From sequence record PX068456.1: a stretch of 64,000 nucleotides of DNA. One strand, written 5' to 3'. Positions 10,034-17,976 of the stretch are shown one piece after another. The position numbers and the translations under genes were made by a program. Positions within the stretch are counted from its first letter, which is position 1; every line of letters begins with the position of its first letter. This DNA comes from a phage. The notes beneath the pieces are model-generated. The model saw only the letters and a program-made list of their open reading frames with translations, had not been told where the DNA came from and did not search any database.

Positions 10034-10112
10034 TGGAGGCGGGAGTAGGATTTGAACCTACGATCTCCAGCATATGAAACTGGCGAGGACGACCAGACTC
10101 CTCTATCCCGCG
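10034..10112 (-). tRNA. tRNA-Met (anticodon CAT)
   Basis: encoded CCA, T-arm gtagg/atttgaa/cctac, anticodon loop TTCATAT, D-loop with GG, U8-A9; pair 1-72 is C-C. Confidence 0.6.
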
Positions 10113-10127
10113 CAATCTGTAGTAATT

Positions 10128-10203
10128 TGGTTGATAGTAAGAGAATCGAACTCTTCTCGCAATGCCTTATGAAAGCACTCGAAACGCCAGCTTCACACTA
10201 TCA
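10128..10203 (-). tRNA. tRNA with anticodon CAT (second Met, initiator or Ile2-type)
   Basis: encoded CCA, perfect acceptor stem tgatagt/actatca, T-arm aagag/aatcgaa/ctctt, anticodon loop TTCATAA; D-arm atypical. Confidence 0.5.
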
Positions 10204-10291
10204 ATGGCTAACCCTTTATAACCCGTCTTGGCGTGGTATCCTTAACAGGATGGTAGATATCCGTTGCAAACCCTATGATATCTCTTAGATA

Positions 10292-10376
10292 TGGTGGCTA
10301 AGGTGAGACTCGAACTCACAATCCCTTGGGGCAATACGTTCTAAGCGTATCGTGTATACCATTCCACCACTTAGCC
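10292..10376 (-). tRNA. tRNA-Leu (anticodon TAG), type II
   Basis: encoded CCA, acceptor ggctaag/cttagcc, T-arm gtgag/actcgaa/ctcac, anticodon stem atacg/cgtat with loop CTTAGAA, 14-nt variable arm. Confidence 0.65.
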
Positions 10377-10453
10377 ATAATAAATACACCACTGTAAGAA
10401 GCCTCAATGTGCTATTGACAGTTAACCAAGTCTACTCCTTGGATGGTGATATT

Positions 10454-10528
10454 TGGTGCAGAGAGATGGTAACGATCCATCCTTTCTACCTTTTCAGGGT
10501 AGCACTAATCCGTCTCAGCTATCTCTGC
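10454..10528 (-). tRNA. tRNA-Phe (anticodon GAA), non-canonical T-loop
   Basis: encoded CCA, perfect acceptor gcagaga/tctctgc, T-stem gatgg/ccatc with loop ATCGTTA, anticodon stem ctacc/ggtag with loop CTGAAAA. Confidence 0.5.
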
Positions 10529-10533
10529 AAATT

Positions 10534-10609
10534 TGGTCAGTGCGGCAGGACTCGAACCTGCGACCCGAAGCATCCAAAGCTCCCACGCTACCAACTGCGC
10601 TACGCACTG
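10534..10609 (-). tRNA. tRNA-Pro (anticodon TGG)
   Basis: encoded CCA, acceptor cagtgcg/cgcactg, T-arm gcagg/actcgaa/cctgc, anticodon loop TTTGGAT. Confidence 0.65.
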
Positions 10610-10616
10610 TAAATAC

Positions 10617-10691
10617 TGGCTGGAGATCTAGGAATCGAACCTAGTCATCACGACTTCAAAGGCCGTTGCCTTCCCACTAGGCTAATCTCCA
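10617..10691 (-). tRNA. tRNA-Gln (anticodon TTG)
   Basis: fully parsed cloverleaf: acceptor TGGAGAT, D-stem GCCT/AGGC, anticodon stem-loop ACGGC-CTTTGAA-GTCGT, T-arm CTAGG-TTCGATT-CCTAG, discriminator G, encoded CCA. Confidence 0.7.
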
Positions 10692-10790
10692 ATAAAACTA
10701 AAAATCACTTAAAAAGAACCGCTAGAGTTTGAAGGAGAAAACCATGAGCGAAAAGAGAAATTTTCTCTAGCGATTCCATTTAAATAATCT

Positions 10791-10865
10791 TGGAGCGAGT
10801 AACAGGACTTGAACCTGCACCTGGAGGGTGGAAACCTCATATGCTACCATTAACACTATACCCGC
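10791..10865 (-). tRNA. tRNA-Gly (anticodon TCC)
   Basis: encoded CCA, acceptor with one GU pair, T-loop acttgaa, anticodon loop TTTCCAC, D-loop with GG. Confidence 0.6.
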
Positions 10866-10920
10866 TTAACAATATTACTCTAACATATTATTAGCCCCTT
10901 TGTCAAGAGGCTTTTGATAT

Positions 10921-11244
10921 TTATTTTAAAATAGTAGATGCACCACGTCTGTTTAGATATGCAATAGTAAAATCCAAATCACCTATTTCTTCAGGTTCCC
11001 ACTGACCTTCTAAACCATAACAAGAACAATGATATGCGTGTACTTCATAAAACAAAGATGTTTTCATATCATAAAAATAAACGTGAGATTCACCTTCATA
11101 ATATGCACAATCATAAGTGGCAGAAAGAATTACAATGTTATCCTTATCTAACTCTACTTCATAATATCTTTCAACATCTTCAATATCATCAAAACCATCG
11201 AAAACATTGATATTAAAATATTTCTCTAACTCTTTTTCTGTCAC
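10921..11244 (-). CDS. hypothetical protein embedded in the tRNA array
   Basis: 107-aa ORF between tRNA genes, same strand. Confidence 0.45.
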   Translation of the reverse strand: MTEKELEKYFNINVFDGFDDIEDVERYYEVELDKDNIVILSATYDCAYYEGESHVYFYDMKTSLFYEVHAYHCSCYGLEGQWEPEEIGDLDFTIAYLNRRGASTILK

Positions 11245-11267
11245 ATATACTCCTTTAGAGTTAAAAT

Positions 11268-11342
11268 TGGTGCTCCCACAAGGACTCGAACCCTGATAAG
11301 TTGCTTACAAGGCAACCGTAATAGCCGTTATACGATAGGAGC
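11268..11342 (-). tRNA. tRNA-Thr (anticodon TGT)
   Basis: encoded CCA, acceptor gctccca/taggagc, T-arm caagg/actcgaa/ccctg, perfect anticodon stem gttgc/gcaac with loop CTTGTAA. Confidence 0.65.
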
Positions 11343-11419
11343 AAAATATTTGCTTGGTAGGATTTGATACCTACAATTCTAGAAAATTCTAGAGGTTTCT
11401 ATTAACTCTACAAGCACTA

Positions 11420-11504
11420 TTTGGCGATGGATCAAGGATTTGAACCTTGCTAGAACTTTCGTTCACGGATTAACAGTCCGTCGCCCAACCACTAGGCCAA
11501 TCCA
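11420..11504 (-). tRNA. type II (Ser-like architecture) tRNA whose anticodon reads GTT
   Basis: encoded CCA, discriminator G, perfect acceptor gatggat/atccatc, 3-bp D-stem, perfect anticodon stem acgga/tccgt with loop CTGTTAA, 15-nt variable arm forming a GAAC/GTTC hairpin. Confidence 0.45.
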
Positions 11505-11511
11505 TCTTTAA

Positions 11512-11598
11512 TTTGGTGCAGGTAGTTGGACTCGAACCAACGAAGCCCCGAAGGGCAGGAGATTTACAGTCTCCAGCAATTGCCGCTATGCGATACCT
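11512..11598 (-). tRNA. tRNA-Tyr (anticodon GTA), type II
   Basis: encoded CCA, T-arm gttgg/actcgaa/ccaac, perfect anticodon stem ggaga/tctcc with loop CTGTAAA, 16-nt variable arm. Confidence 0.65.
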
Positions 11599-11603
11599 AC
11601 GTG

Positions 11604-11679
11604 TTTGGTACATCGTGAAGGATTCGAACCTTCGACCTTGGAGTTAAAAGCCCCTTGCTCTACCAACTAAGCTAACGAT
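11604..11679 (-). tRNA. tRNA-Lys (anticodon TTT)
   Basis: encoded CCA, perfect acceptor acatcgt/acgatgt, T-arm gaagg/attcgaa/ccttc, anticodon loop CTTTTAA, D-loop AGTTGGTA. Confidence 0.65.
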
Positions 11680-11815
11680 GTATAAATTATCTTTAAAATA
11701 GCCAGTGTTTGCGGCACTTGACTATGAAGTATTAGGGTATCGGTAAGATGGTGGAGGCCATCTGCCGAAAGTTTACTCTATTAAAGTAAGATTACAAGCT
11801 ACATTAAAGATAACT

Positions 11816-11901
11816 TGGCGGTAGATGTAGGACTTGAACCTACACGCCGTTTCCGACGACAGTTTAGCAAACTGTTGTGGCTACCATTTCACCAATCTAC
11901 C
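11816..11901 (-). tRNA. tRNA-Ser (anticodon GCT), type II
   Basis: encoded CCA, discriminator G, perfect acceptor ggtagat/atctacc, T-arm gtagg/acttgaa/cctac, anticodon stem acagt/actgt with loop TTGCTAA. Confidence 0.65.
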
Positions 11902-11909
11902 GTTCTTAA

Positions 11910-12110
11910 TTATTCAAAACAACCGGAATCTTTTTGTTCTGCTTTTACCATACGAATATTTTTACCATCTTCAGATTGTTGAAGATTAGAATACTCATAA
12001 ACAACTTTATTATCTACAATCTTAACTCCGGTAACAACCTGTCCAATAGTTTTATAATTCATAAAGCTCCTAGTTGAATTTGGAGGAAGATAATGGAGTC
12101 GAACCATCAC
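11910..12110 (-). CDS. hypothetical small protein embedded in the tRNA array
   Basis: 66-aa ORF; its 3' region may overlap the tRNA-Ser(TGA) call, so one of the two may be wrong. Confidence 0.3.
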   Translation of the reverse strand: MMVRLHYLPPNSTRSFMNYKTIGQVVTGVKIVDNKVVYEYSNLQQSEDGKNIRMVKAEQKDSGCFE

Positions 12111-12170
12111 CGTATCGCTACAATGGGCCAGGGTTCAAACCTGGTTGCGCACCGCTGCGCCCTACCTTCC
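12081..12170 (-). tRNA. tRNA-Ser (anticodon TGA), type II, about 90 nt
   Basis: encoded CCA, T-loop agtcgaa, anticodon stem ccagg/cctgg with loop TTTGAAC, about 19-nt variable arm; D-arm parse uncertain. Confidence 0.45.
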
Positions 12171-12233
12171 CGTTATCATACTTTAAATCTAACATAAAAC
12201 TATCTTGCTTGTCAAGTAGTTTTTAAAACTTTT

Positions 12234-12315
12234 TGGTCGGGGTGACAGGATTCGAACCTGCATACTCCAATTACTCGGTTAACGCCTGATTAGAAGTCAG
12301 GTGAGATACACCCCG
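12234..12315 (-). tRNA. tRNA-like, anticodon arm reads TCT (Arg) but no normal D-arm and 23 nt between anticodon and T arms
   Basis: encoded CCA, perfect acceptor cggggtg/caccccg, T-arm acagg/attcgaa/cctgc, stem-loop cctga/CTTCTAA/tcagg. Confidence 0.4.
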
Positions 12316-12384
12316 TTTTCACAGTAACTATAACAAAAAACTAAGTGAATGTCAAGATATTTTTACTAAAATTATTATTTAAAT

Positions 12385-12493
12385 TGAAGCCTAGTTATGG
12401 AATCGAACCATATTTCGTATTTAGTTAGACAAAGCGGTCTAACATATTTTTCAGGCTTTGATGGCCTCGGAATTACCAAATACCCTACTAGGC
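12385..12493 (-). tRNA. tRNA-like element or pseudogene: good 3' half, 5' acceptor complement only about 100 nt away
   Basis: T-arm tatgg/aatcgaa/ccata and acceptor strand gcctagt present, no encoded CCA; matching actaggc at 12487-12493. Confidence 0.25.
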
Positions 12494-12495
12494 GT

Positions 12496-12581
12496 TGGTG
12501 CAAGTGGAGGGATTCGAACCCTCAATCATTTAAGCGTTGCGTTTTAAGCACAATGTGTATCACCAATTCCACCACACTTGC
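12496..12581 (-). tRNA. tRNA-Leu (anticodon TAA), type II
   Basis: encoded CCA, perfect acceptor gcaagtg/cacttgc, T-arm gaggg/attcgaa/ccctc, anticodon loop CTTAAAA, 13-nt variable arm. Confidence 0.65.
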
Positions 12582-12695
12582 ATATAGGAGATGCATAGCA
12601 CCTCCTTTTAAATGGTGGTTCCCCAGGGTTACAATCCCTGCCCTCGACACTTATGAGGTGTGCGCTCTCGTCAGTGAGCTATGGAACCTTGAATA

Positions 12696-12962
12696 TTAAG
12701 CATACTGGGTCATTTCGCCAGCTTCGCGTTTCTCCAGAAGAACTGTAATCAAAGCAATAGCTGCTTCTTCTTCGTGAGGCAGCCCCATTTCATCCAGAAG
12801 AGCAAGGAAGTCAATTACCAAACTTTCTGTTTTAAGGCTCACGCTACCATTTTCGTTTTCAGTAAGAACTGATTCAGGTTCAAAAATAAAGATTGCTCCA
12901 CCTTTATTATCAATCAATACGTGCTTCTCAATCAGTTCTTTACCATAAGTACGTTCTGTCAT
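12696..12962 (-). CDS. hypothetical protein
   Basis: 88-aa ORF downstream of the tRNA array. Confidence 0.45.
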   Translation of the reverse strand: MTERTYGKELIEKHVLIDNKGGAIFIFEPESVLTENENGSVSLKTESLVIDFLALLDEMGLPHEEEAAIALITVLLEKREAGEMTQYA

Positions 12963-13142
12963 AGTTTTCTCCTTTTTGTTTAACTTGTGCTTATCTTAGC
13001 AAATAACTAGCTATGTTGTCAACTAGTTTTTACAATATTTTTTCTTGATCTGTAACCTAGTGTATAACCGCATACAAAAGATACAATAGCAATAAAAACA
13101 GATAAGCCAAAAATAATTTCTGTAGACATACTGTTTCCTTAA

Positions 13143-13364
13143 TTATGTGAAATCTAATTCCTCCTCTGGTGCTGTGTAATTTAGAAGAAGATCAGTTACA
13201 CTTTGATGTTGATAAACCCTTTCGGGACTGTCATCGAATGCCAAACTTGTACAAATCGAGCATAGATCCGACTCTTGAATATTACCATTCCTGTCTCTAC
13301 GGGAATGATTAGTCAAGTGTCTGTTACAGGCTCGGCAACGAAAATAAAAATTATGTTGTTTCAT
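13143..13364 (-). CDS. small zinc-finger-like hypothetical protein
   Basis: 73 aa with CxxC ... CxxC cysteine pairs (CRAC, CSIC). Confidence 0.45.
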   Translation of the reverse strand: MKQHNFYFRCRACNRHLTNHSRRDRNGNIQESDLCSICTSLAFDDSPERVYQHQSVTDLLLNYTAPEEELDFT

Positions 13365-13435
13365 AAATCCTTCGTGAAGCCCATCCAGGGCAGTTGTAGG
13401 CTCTCCTTACCTTAATCTTATCACGAAGTTTTTAT

Positions 13436-15169
13436 TTAGTCAACCTGGATGGTTCCCATAGTACGAAGAACCTCTACGTCAACACGGTTGCGGATATCAG
13501 TAAATGTTTCATCACGTCCTTCTACTTGTGGTGTAATAACCTTACCATTCTTGAAGATAACTTGTAACTCATTGTCTTCATCCTGGATATCTTTAAAAGA
13601 AAGATTATCTACAAGAGAAAGATTACCATTGGTATCCTTAACAACCTTAATAAAACCTTTTGCAGAGCGTTTACCAGGATCAGTTTTAGGCTCCTTACTT
13701 ACCAAAATTTCGTGTTCACCGATGATGCTACCTGTTGCTTTAACAGCAAAACCAAAAGTATCTCGTGTATTGAACTGATAAGTATAACTACCAACACCAA
13801 ATACAATATTGGAAGCTGCAAAACCTTTCTTCTTCAGTCGGCGTAAGATCTCGTGTTCTCGTTCAACAGTAATAGAATCACCATAAATCATACCGATATG
13901 CTGATCAAGAACCTTGTAGCCTTTTCGGTTGATAGTACCACCAAACACTTCCCAAAGGATTTGAATAGAACCTACTGCTTCACAATAAGGAATCTCATAA
14001 GTTTCATCAATGCAATCAGCAACACTGCAATCCTGAAGAACATTGTAATACTTATTAACATCAGCCAAATGAACTACTTCAGTGGCTGTCGCAATACCAT
14101 TATTTAAGAGGTCTTCATAGTTATCAAAAGATTCAACATTGTATCCTGCAACAACTTTAACCGGATCTCCTGAATCTGGACGAATAACAAGACGACCATT
14201 TCGTGACATAATGGAATCTTTCAATTCTACCAGAATGCGAGTCAATACAGCCCAATAGTCATAAGAGTCTGCTACATATGAACAAAAACCTTCTGGAACA
14301 ATTTCTTCGATATAACGACGAAGAAACTCTTTTTCTGCTACATAACGAAGCCCATCTACATCATCTTTAAGATGTGGGAAATGTTTCTTCAGATCTTCAA
14401 CAATAGCTCCAATGTTAGTCGTTGCTACTGAATGTTCTGTTGCCGGAATCGAACCTGCAACAAACTGATCATAATCAATACCATAATAATCATGCACAGT
14501 TTCAATAGCCAGAATATTATCTGTTCCTGTGAACGATGCCAAGTGAGCGATACCACTCTTATAACCATCTTCGATATTACTTAAACCACGTAGGCTAAAA
14601 TCATGACACTGGAAGTTAACGTGATCAATATTATCACACGTTGCCATCGCATATGCCATAGCGATACGCTTATACTGAAAAGCTGCTGTGGCATTAGTCA
14701 TTGTCTTCCAAGTTTCATCTGACAACAGTGTTTCCACATAGTTAGTTAACCAAAAGAATTTTTCTAAAGTATTATGCACAGTAAATACAGGAACACCAAT
14801 AGGACACAAAACACCCTCTGGCAGAGATCGAACTTCCAGCGGAAGATAACCTAAGTCGTGCAATTCTCCCCAACATTCAGCAGAAGGAGCAGAAGCACCT
14901 AATGCATTTTTAGACATACGATAAAATTTATTTACTGCTGCACTACGAGACATTTTAAAGAAGCTATCCCACATAGTTACAAGAGCATCAGTGACTGCTC
15001 GACGAATACCTAAAACAATCACACCACGTGCTTCACGATCTGCATAGTGTGCAAAGTTTTTATCATTACGAGGAGTTAAATTAGAGAAAATAAGTTTTGT
15101 ATTTTGGTTGTACATCTGCTTGTGACCAGGTTTGTACCAATCAGTAGCAAAAGGTGCAAAAATATTCAT
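13436..15169 (-). CDS. nadV: nicotinamide phosphoribosyltransferase family protein (NAMPT/NadV-like; alternatively a nicotinamide ADP-ribose transferase, Namat)
   Basis: 577 aa, NAMPT-family length; adjacent to a PRPP-synthetase-like gene on the same strand. Confidence 0.8.
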   Translation of the reverse strand: MNIFAPFATDWYKPGHKQMYNQNTKLIFSNLTPRNDKNFAHYADREARGVIVLGIRRAVTDALVTMWDSFFKMSRSAAVNKFYRMSKNALGASAPSAECWGELHDLGYLPLEVRSLPEGVLCPIGVPVFTVHNTLEKFFWLTNYVETLLSDETWKTMTNATAAFQYKRIAMAYAMATCDNIDHVNFQCHDFSLRGLSNIEDGYKSGIAHLASFTGTDNILAIETVHDYYGIDYDQFVAGSIPATEHSVATTNIGAIVEDLKKHFPHLKDDVDGLRYVAEKEFLRRYIEEIVPEGFCSYVADSYDYWAVLTRILVELKDSIMSRNGRLVIRPDSGDPVKVVAGYNVESFDNYEDLLNNGIATATEVVHLADVNKYYNVLQDCSVADCIDETYEIPYCEAVGSIQILWEVFGGTINRKGYKVLDQHIGMIYGDSITVEREHEILRRLKKKGFAASNIVFGVGSYTYQFNTRDTFGFAVKATGSIIGEHEILVSKEPKTDPGKRSAKGFIKVVKDTNGNLSLVDNLSFKDIQDEDNELQVIFKNGKVITPQVEGRDETFTDIRNRVDVEVLRTMGTIQVD

Positions 15170-15240
15170 AGTTATGTCTCCTTGTTTGTTAATGTGGGAG
15201 TATCTTACTAAGCATACTCCCTATTGTCAACACTTATTAT

Positions 15241-16134
15241 TTAAAAATTCCACACGTATGGAGATACAATTTGTTGTTGCAAATCTGACTGATTCTTAAC
15301 AAGAACACCAGAATCTTCTTGGATGTTATCTTCCCACACATTAAGAGAATGAATGCAGTCAAAGTGCTCACTTAACTCTTTAAGACCTTTAGAAAAGATA
15401 CCGTGCGTAACATATAGCTCAATCTTACCTGCGTTACGAGCACGTAGCACTTTAGCCAATTCGATAAAAGTTCTACCACCATCACAGATATCATCTACGA
15501 TCATCAGGTTACGCTTATTGAAATCCTGTACAGAAATGTCTGTACGAACAATAGCACCTGTTGCGGTATCTCTAACCTTCTCTGCACAGAACACATCTAA
15601 AGACATTTTCTTAGATAATTTAAATATTTTCTTAAGAGCACCACCATCAGGGCTAACAAGAGCAAAATTCTCCATACGTAACTTCCACTTTAAAGTTTCG
15701 TAAGCAATCTCTTCTTGAGGTATTACACAGAGTCTGTCAAACACTGCTGGAGTAACATCACTATGCGGATCAGCAACGATAACACGTGAGAAATTTAATG
15801 AATTAATTATAGAAGCAAATGCTTTAACTCCGAATGCTTCCCCAGGCTCACACACTCTGTCTTGTCGTGCATACGGCACATACAACATGAGTAAATCAAC
15901 ACAATATGGTTTATGATATAGCATATTGTCCAATGCATTCTTAGTCATAACCAAAGTCATCAAGTCTTTAGCAGATCTTACTTCTAAAGTGAGTAAGATT
16001 CTGTCTGTAGTATGATTGAAACCTGATAGATTCGTATCTAACTGAACATGTTGTTCTCCACCAGAGAATGTAAACACTTTAACGTCTACATCAGTAACAT
16101 AACAGTCAACACCATGCAGAATACTAACTTTCAT
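15241..16134 (-). CDS. prs: ribose-phosphate pyrophosphokinase family protein (Prs-like; alternatively an ADP-ribose pyrophosphokinase, Adps)
   Basis: 297 aa with PRPP-binding-loop-like motif MIVDDICDGGRTF. Confidence 0.8.
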   Translation of the reverse strand: MKVSILHGVDCYVTDVDVKVFTFSGGEQHVQLDTNLSGFNHTTDRILLTLEVRSAKDLMTLVMTKNALDNMLYHKPYCVDLLMLYVPYARQDRVCEPGEAFGVKAFASIINSLNFSRVIVADPHSDVTPAVFDRLCVIPQEEIAYETLKWKLRMENFALVSPDGGALKKIFKLSKKMSLDVFCAEKVRDTATGAIVRTDISVQDFNKRNLMIVDDICDGGRTFIELAKVLRARNAGKIELYVTHGIFSKGLKELSEHFDCIHSLNVWEDNIQEDSGVLVKNQSDLQQQIVSPYVWNF

Positions 16135-16543
16135 TCTTTATCTCCTTAGTTGAGTTAGGACTTTATGTTCTCTACTCTACATACAGATAGATCTAAAGTC
16201 AATAGATATTTATTATTTAATTAATAATAAAATTAATAAATAATCTATTGTTAGTATAGAGCATGTATGTTAGTATTATAGACATAACATAGTGTTATAT
16301 GTAGACTACTCAGTTGTCTGTTAGATCATGTATCACAAGATTAGATAACACCCCCTCGCTGCGCTCGGCGTTTTTCGGGGGTTAGGGTAGCATACTTTTT
16401 TGCGTTTGTCAACACCTTTTTAGATTATTTTTAAGTACAACCTGAACCTCCTAAAAACGATTGTAACGAGTTTTACTGTGAGGTAAGGTGATTGCATATC
16501 TTAGGTGCTATTAGCTCGTTACAGAGCCATACAGGAGGGAATA
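16135..16543. promoter_or_regulatory. AT-rich divergent intergenic control region between the minus and plus gene blocks
   Basis: about 400 bp non-coding with an AT palindrome (ttatttaattaataataaaattaataaataa), short direct repeats and a GC island acaccccctcgctgcgctcggcgtttttcggggg. Confidence 0.4.
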
Positions 16544-16912
16544 ATGAGGGTCACACGTTACGTTAGAAGTGAAACAATAGATGGAGGCATAATGTATGCT
16601 TTCTACGATGATAAAACTTTTTGTTCTGCATTCTATGAAGAAGACTTGTCTACGGAATGGCAACAAATCATCTTCTTACTTGACATTTTGAAAAGAAGAG
16701 ATAACTTTGAAGGTATTGAGTGGACAGTGGGAAGCAAAGTTATCGTTGCAGGTTTAAGCAAACATGAGTTGCTTGACTTAGACTGTAAACTTTGTAATTA
16801 TCAATTCTCAAAACGTTTACCATTAGAAAGACAGTTAGGAGTTGAGATTCATGTTGACTTGGGCGATGGAGTATCCTATACTCTCAACAATCATAGTGCT
16901 GACGTTAATTAG
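16544..16912 (+). CDS. hypothetical protein
   Basis: start set to the ATG after acaggaggg (MRVTRYV...). Confidence 0.5.
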   Translation: MRVTRYVRSETIDGGIMYAFYDDKTFCSAFYEEDLSTEWQQIIFLLDILKRRDNFEGIEWTVGSKVIVAGLSKHELLDLDCKLCNYQFSKRLPLERQLGVEIHVDLGDGVSYTLNNHSADVN

Positions 16913-16978
16913 TGGGATCACAAAGTGCGTCACAAGCATTTGCGATTGTTTAACACATTTTAAACAAAGGAAAAATAA

Positions 16979-17176
16979 ATGAATCAAACTATGCAAACAA
17001 TCTATAGAGTAATCCTTGGTGAGTTCCATGTTGTTAAGTCAACATTGAATTATGAAGAAGCTAAAGAGAATTTCTTGCTATGGGTTGAAGCATTCTCTGA
17101 AGTTGAAAAGGTAAGTTACAATTGTGTAACTTTAACTGCCGATCACGTACCTGTATTGGAGTTTATTAAGAAATGA
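16979..17176 (+). CDS. hypothetical protein
   Basis: 65-aa ORF with aaggaaaaataaATG. Confidence 0.5.
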   Translation: MNQTMQTIYRVILGEFHVVKSTLNYEEAKENFLLWVEAFSEVEKVSYNCVTLTADHVPVLEFIKK

Positions 17177-17412
17177 AAAAAGAAATTTTAACTGATGTAA
17201 CATATTCTTGTATTAGCAAAGGCGGTTTATATCGTGTAGTTGGCTTTCCTAAACCAGCGGGTGTATCTAAAGTATTTGATCCTGTTGTGATCTACGAAGA
17301 TGTAAGGACTGGTCAACAGTATTGGCGATTCCAGCAAGATTTCTTACACCGCATGGAGGTTGTTGATGGCGAAAACACCGAAGAAGCGATCCGTAACAAA
17401 GCGCGCATCTAA
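17173..17412 (+). CDS. hypothetical protein
   Basis: 79-aa ORF overlapping the upstream stop (ATGA). Confidence 0.5.
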   Translation: MKKEILTDVTYSCISKGGLYRVVGFPKPAGVSKVFDPVVIYEDVRTGQQYWRFQQDFLHRMEVVDGENTEEAIRNKARI

Positions 17413-17701
17413 AGATGGGGCGGCAAAAGCCGCTCCTAAGAAACAAAAATTTGACACAGAGGCTTTTGTCTTTGATACTCCAATAGAAAAGATAGAAGAA
17501 GCTCTTGCTAAATTTGAAGCACGTGATGCAGATCCTATGGCAGATCCTTTCACAGAAGATGAATTGTACTGGTTTGGCTGGTGGGTTTTGAATCTACCAG
17601 AAGCTAAAAAACGAGGAATGAAGTCAGTTCCTATTTGTGCAAAAGAATCGGCTGTGTTAGGTTTATACGAGAAACCTAAAAGAAGGAGCAAAAAGAAATG
17701 A
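17366..17701 (+). CDS. hypothetical basic protein
   Basis: start set to the ATG after ggagg (MAKTPKKRS...); lysine-rich termini. Confidence 0.45.
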   Translation: MAKTPKKRSVTKRASKDGAAKAAPKKQKFDTEAFVFDTPIEKIEEALAKFEARDADPMADPFTEDELYWFGWWVLNLPEAKKRGMKSVPICAKESAVLGLYEKPKRRSKKK

Positions 17702-17976
17702 GAAAAACTTATCTGAAGTGTTTGTCTGTTGTGCAAAATGAATGGTATTCAGGTTTGCTGACAGCAGGTAAGAAATATGAAGTGCTCAATAAACCAGGGG
17801 CAAGATTTTCATTAATTAAGAACGACAAAGGCACTGAAATGCTTATTTCAGTTGCAGATTCTATGTATGGTACTTTTGAGTTGGTCTATGAATATGTACC
17901 AATTATTCTTGAATACAGCGGTACAAACAAACCTTACACAGCTTTAGATGTGATCAACAACAAAAGGAATAAGTAA
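17698..17976 (+). CDS. hypothetical protein
   Basis: 92-aa ORF, ATGA overlap with upstream gene. Confidence 0.5.
   Translation: MRKTYLKCLSVVQNEWYSGLLTAGKKYEVLNKPGARFSLIKNDKGTEMLISVADSMYGTFELVYEYVPIILEYSGTNKPYTALDVINNKRNK

Noticed and set aside
10204-10290. Possible extra tRNA between 10204 and 10290
   Set aside because: No T-loop consensus and no acceptor pairing; the region contains only a short perfect hairpin.
9675-12699. Plus-strand ORFs in the tRNA region (9675..9923, 10052..10288, 10352..10612, 10453..10644, 12397..12699)
   Set aside because: They overlap minus-strand tRNA genes, lack ribosome-binding sites and have odd composition; they are the read-through translation of the tRNA complement.
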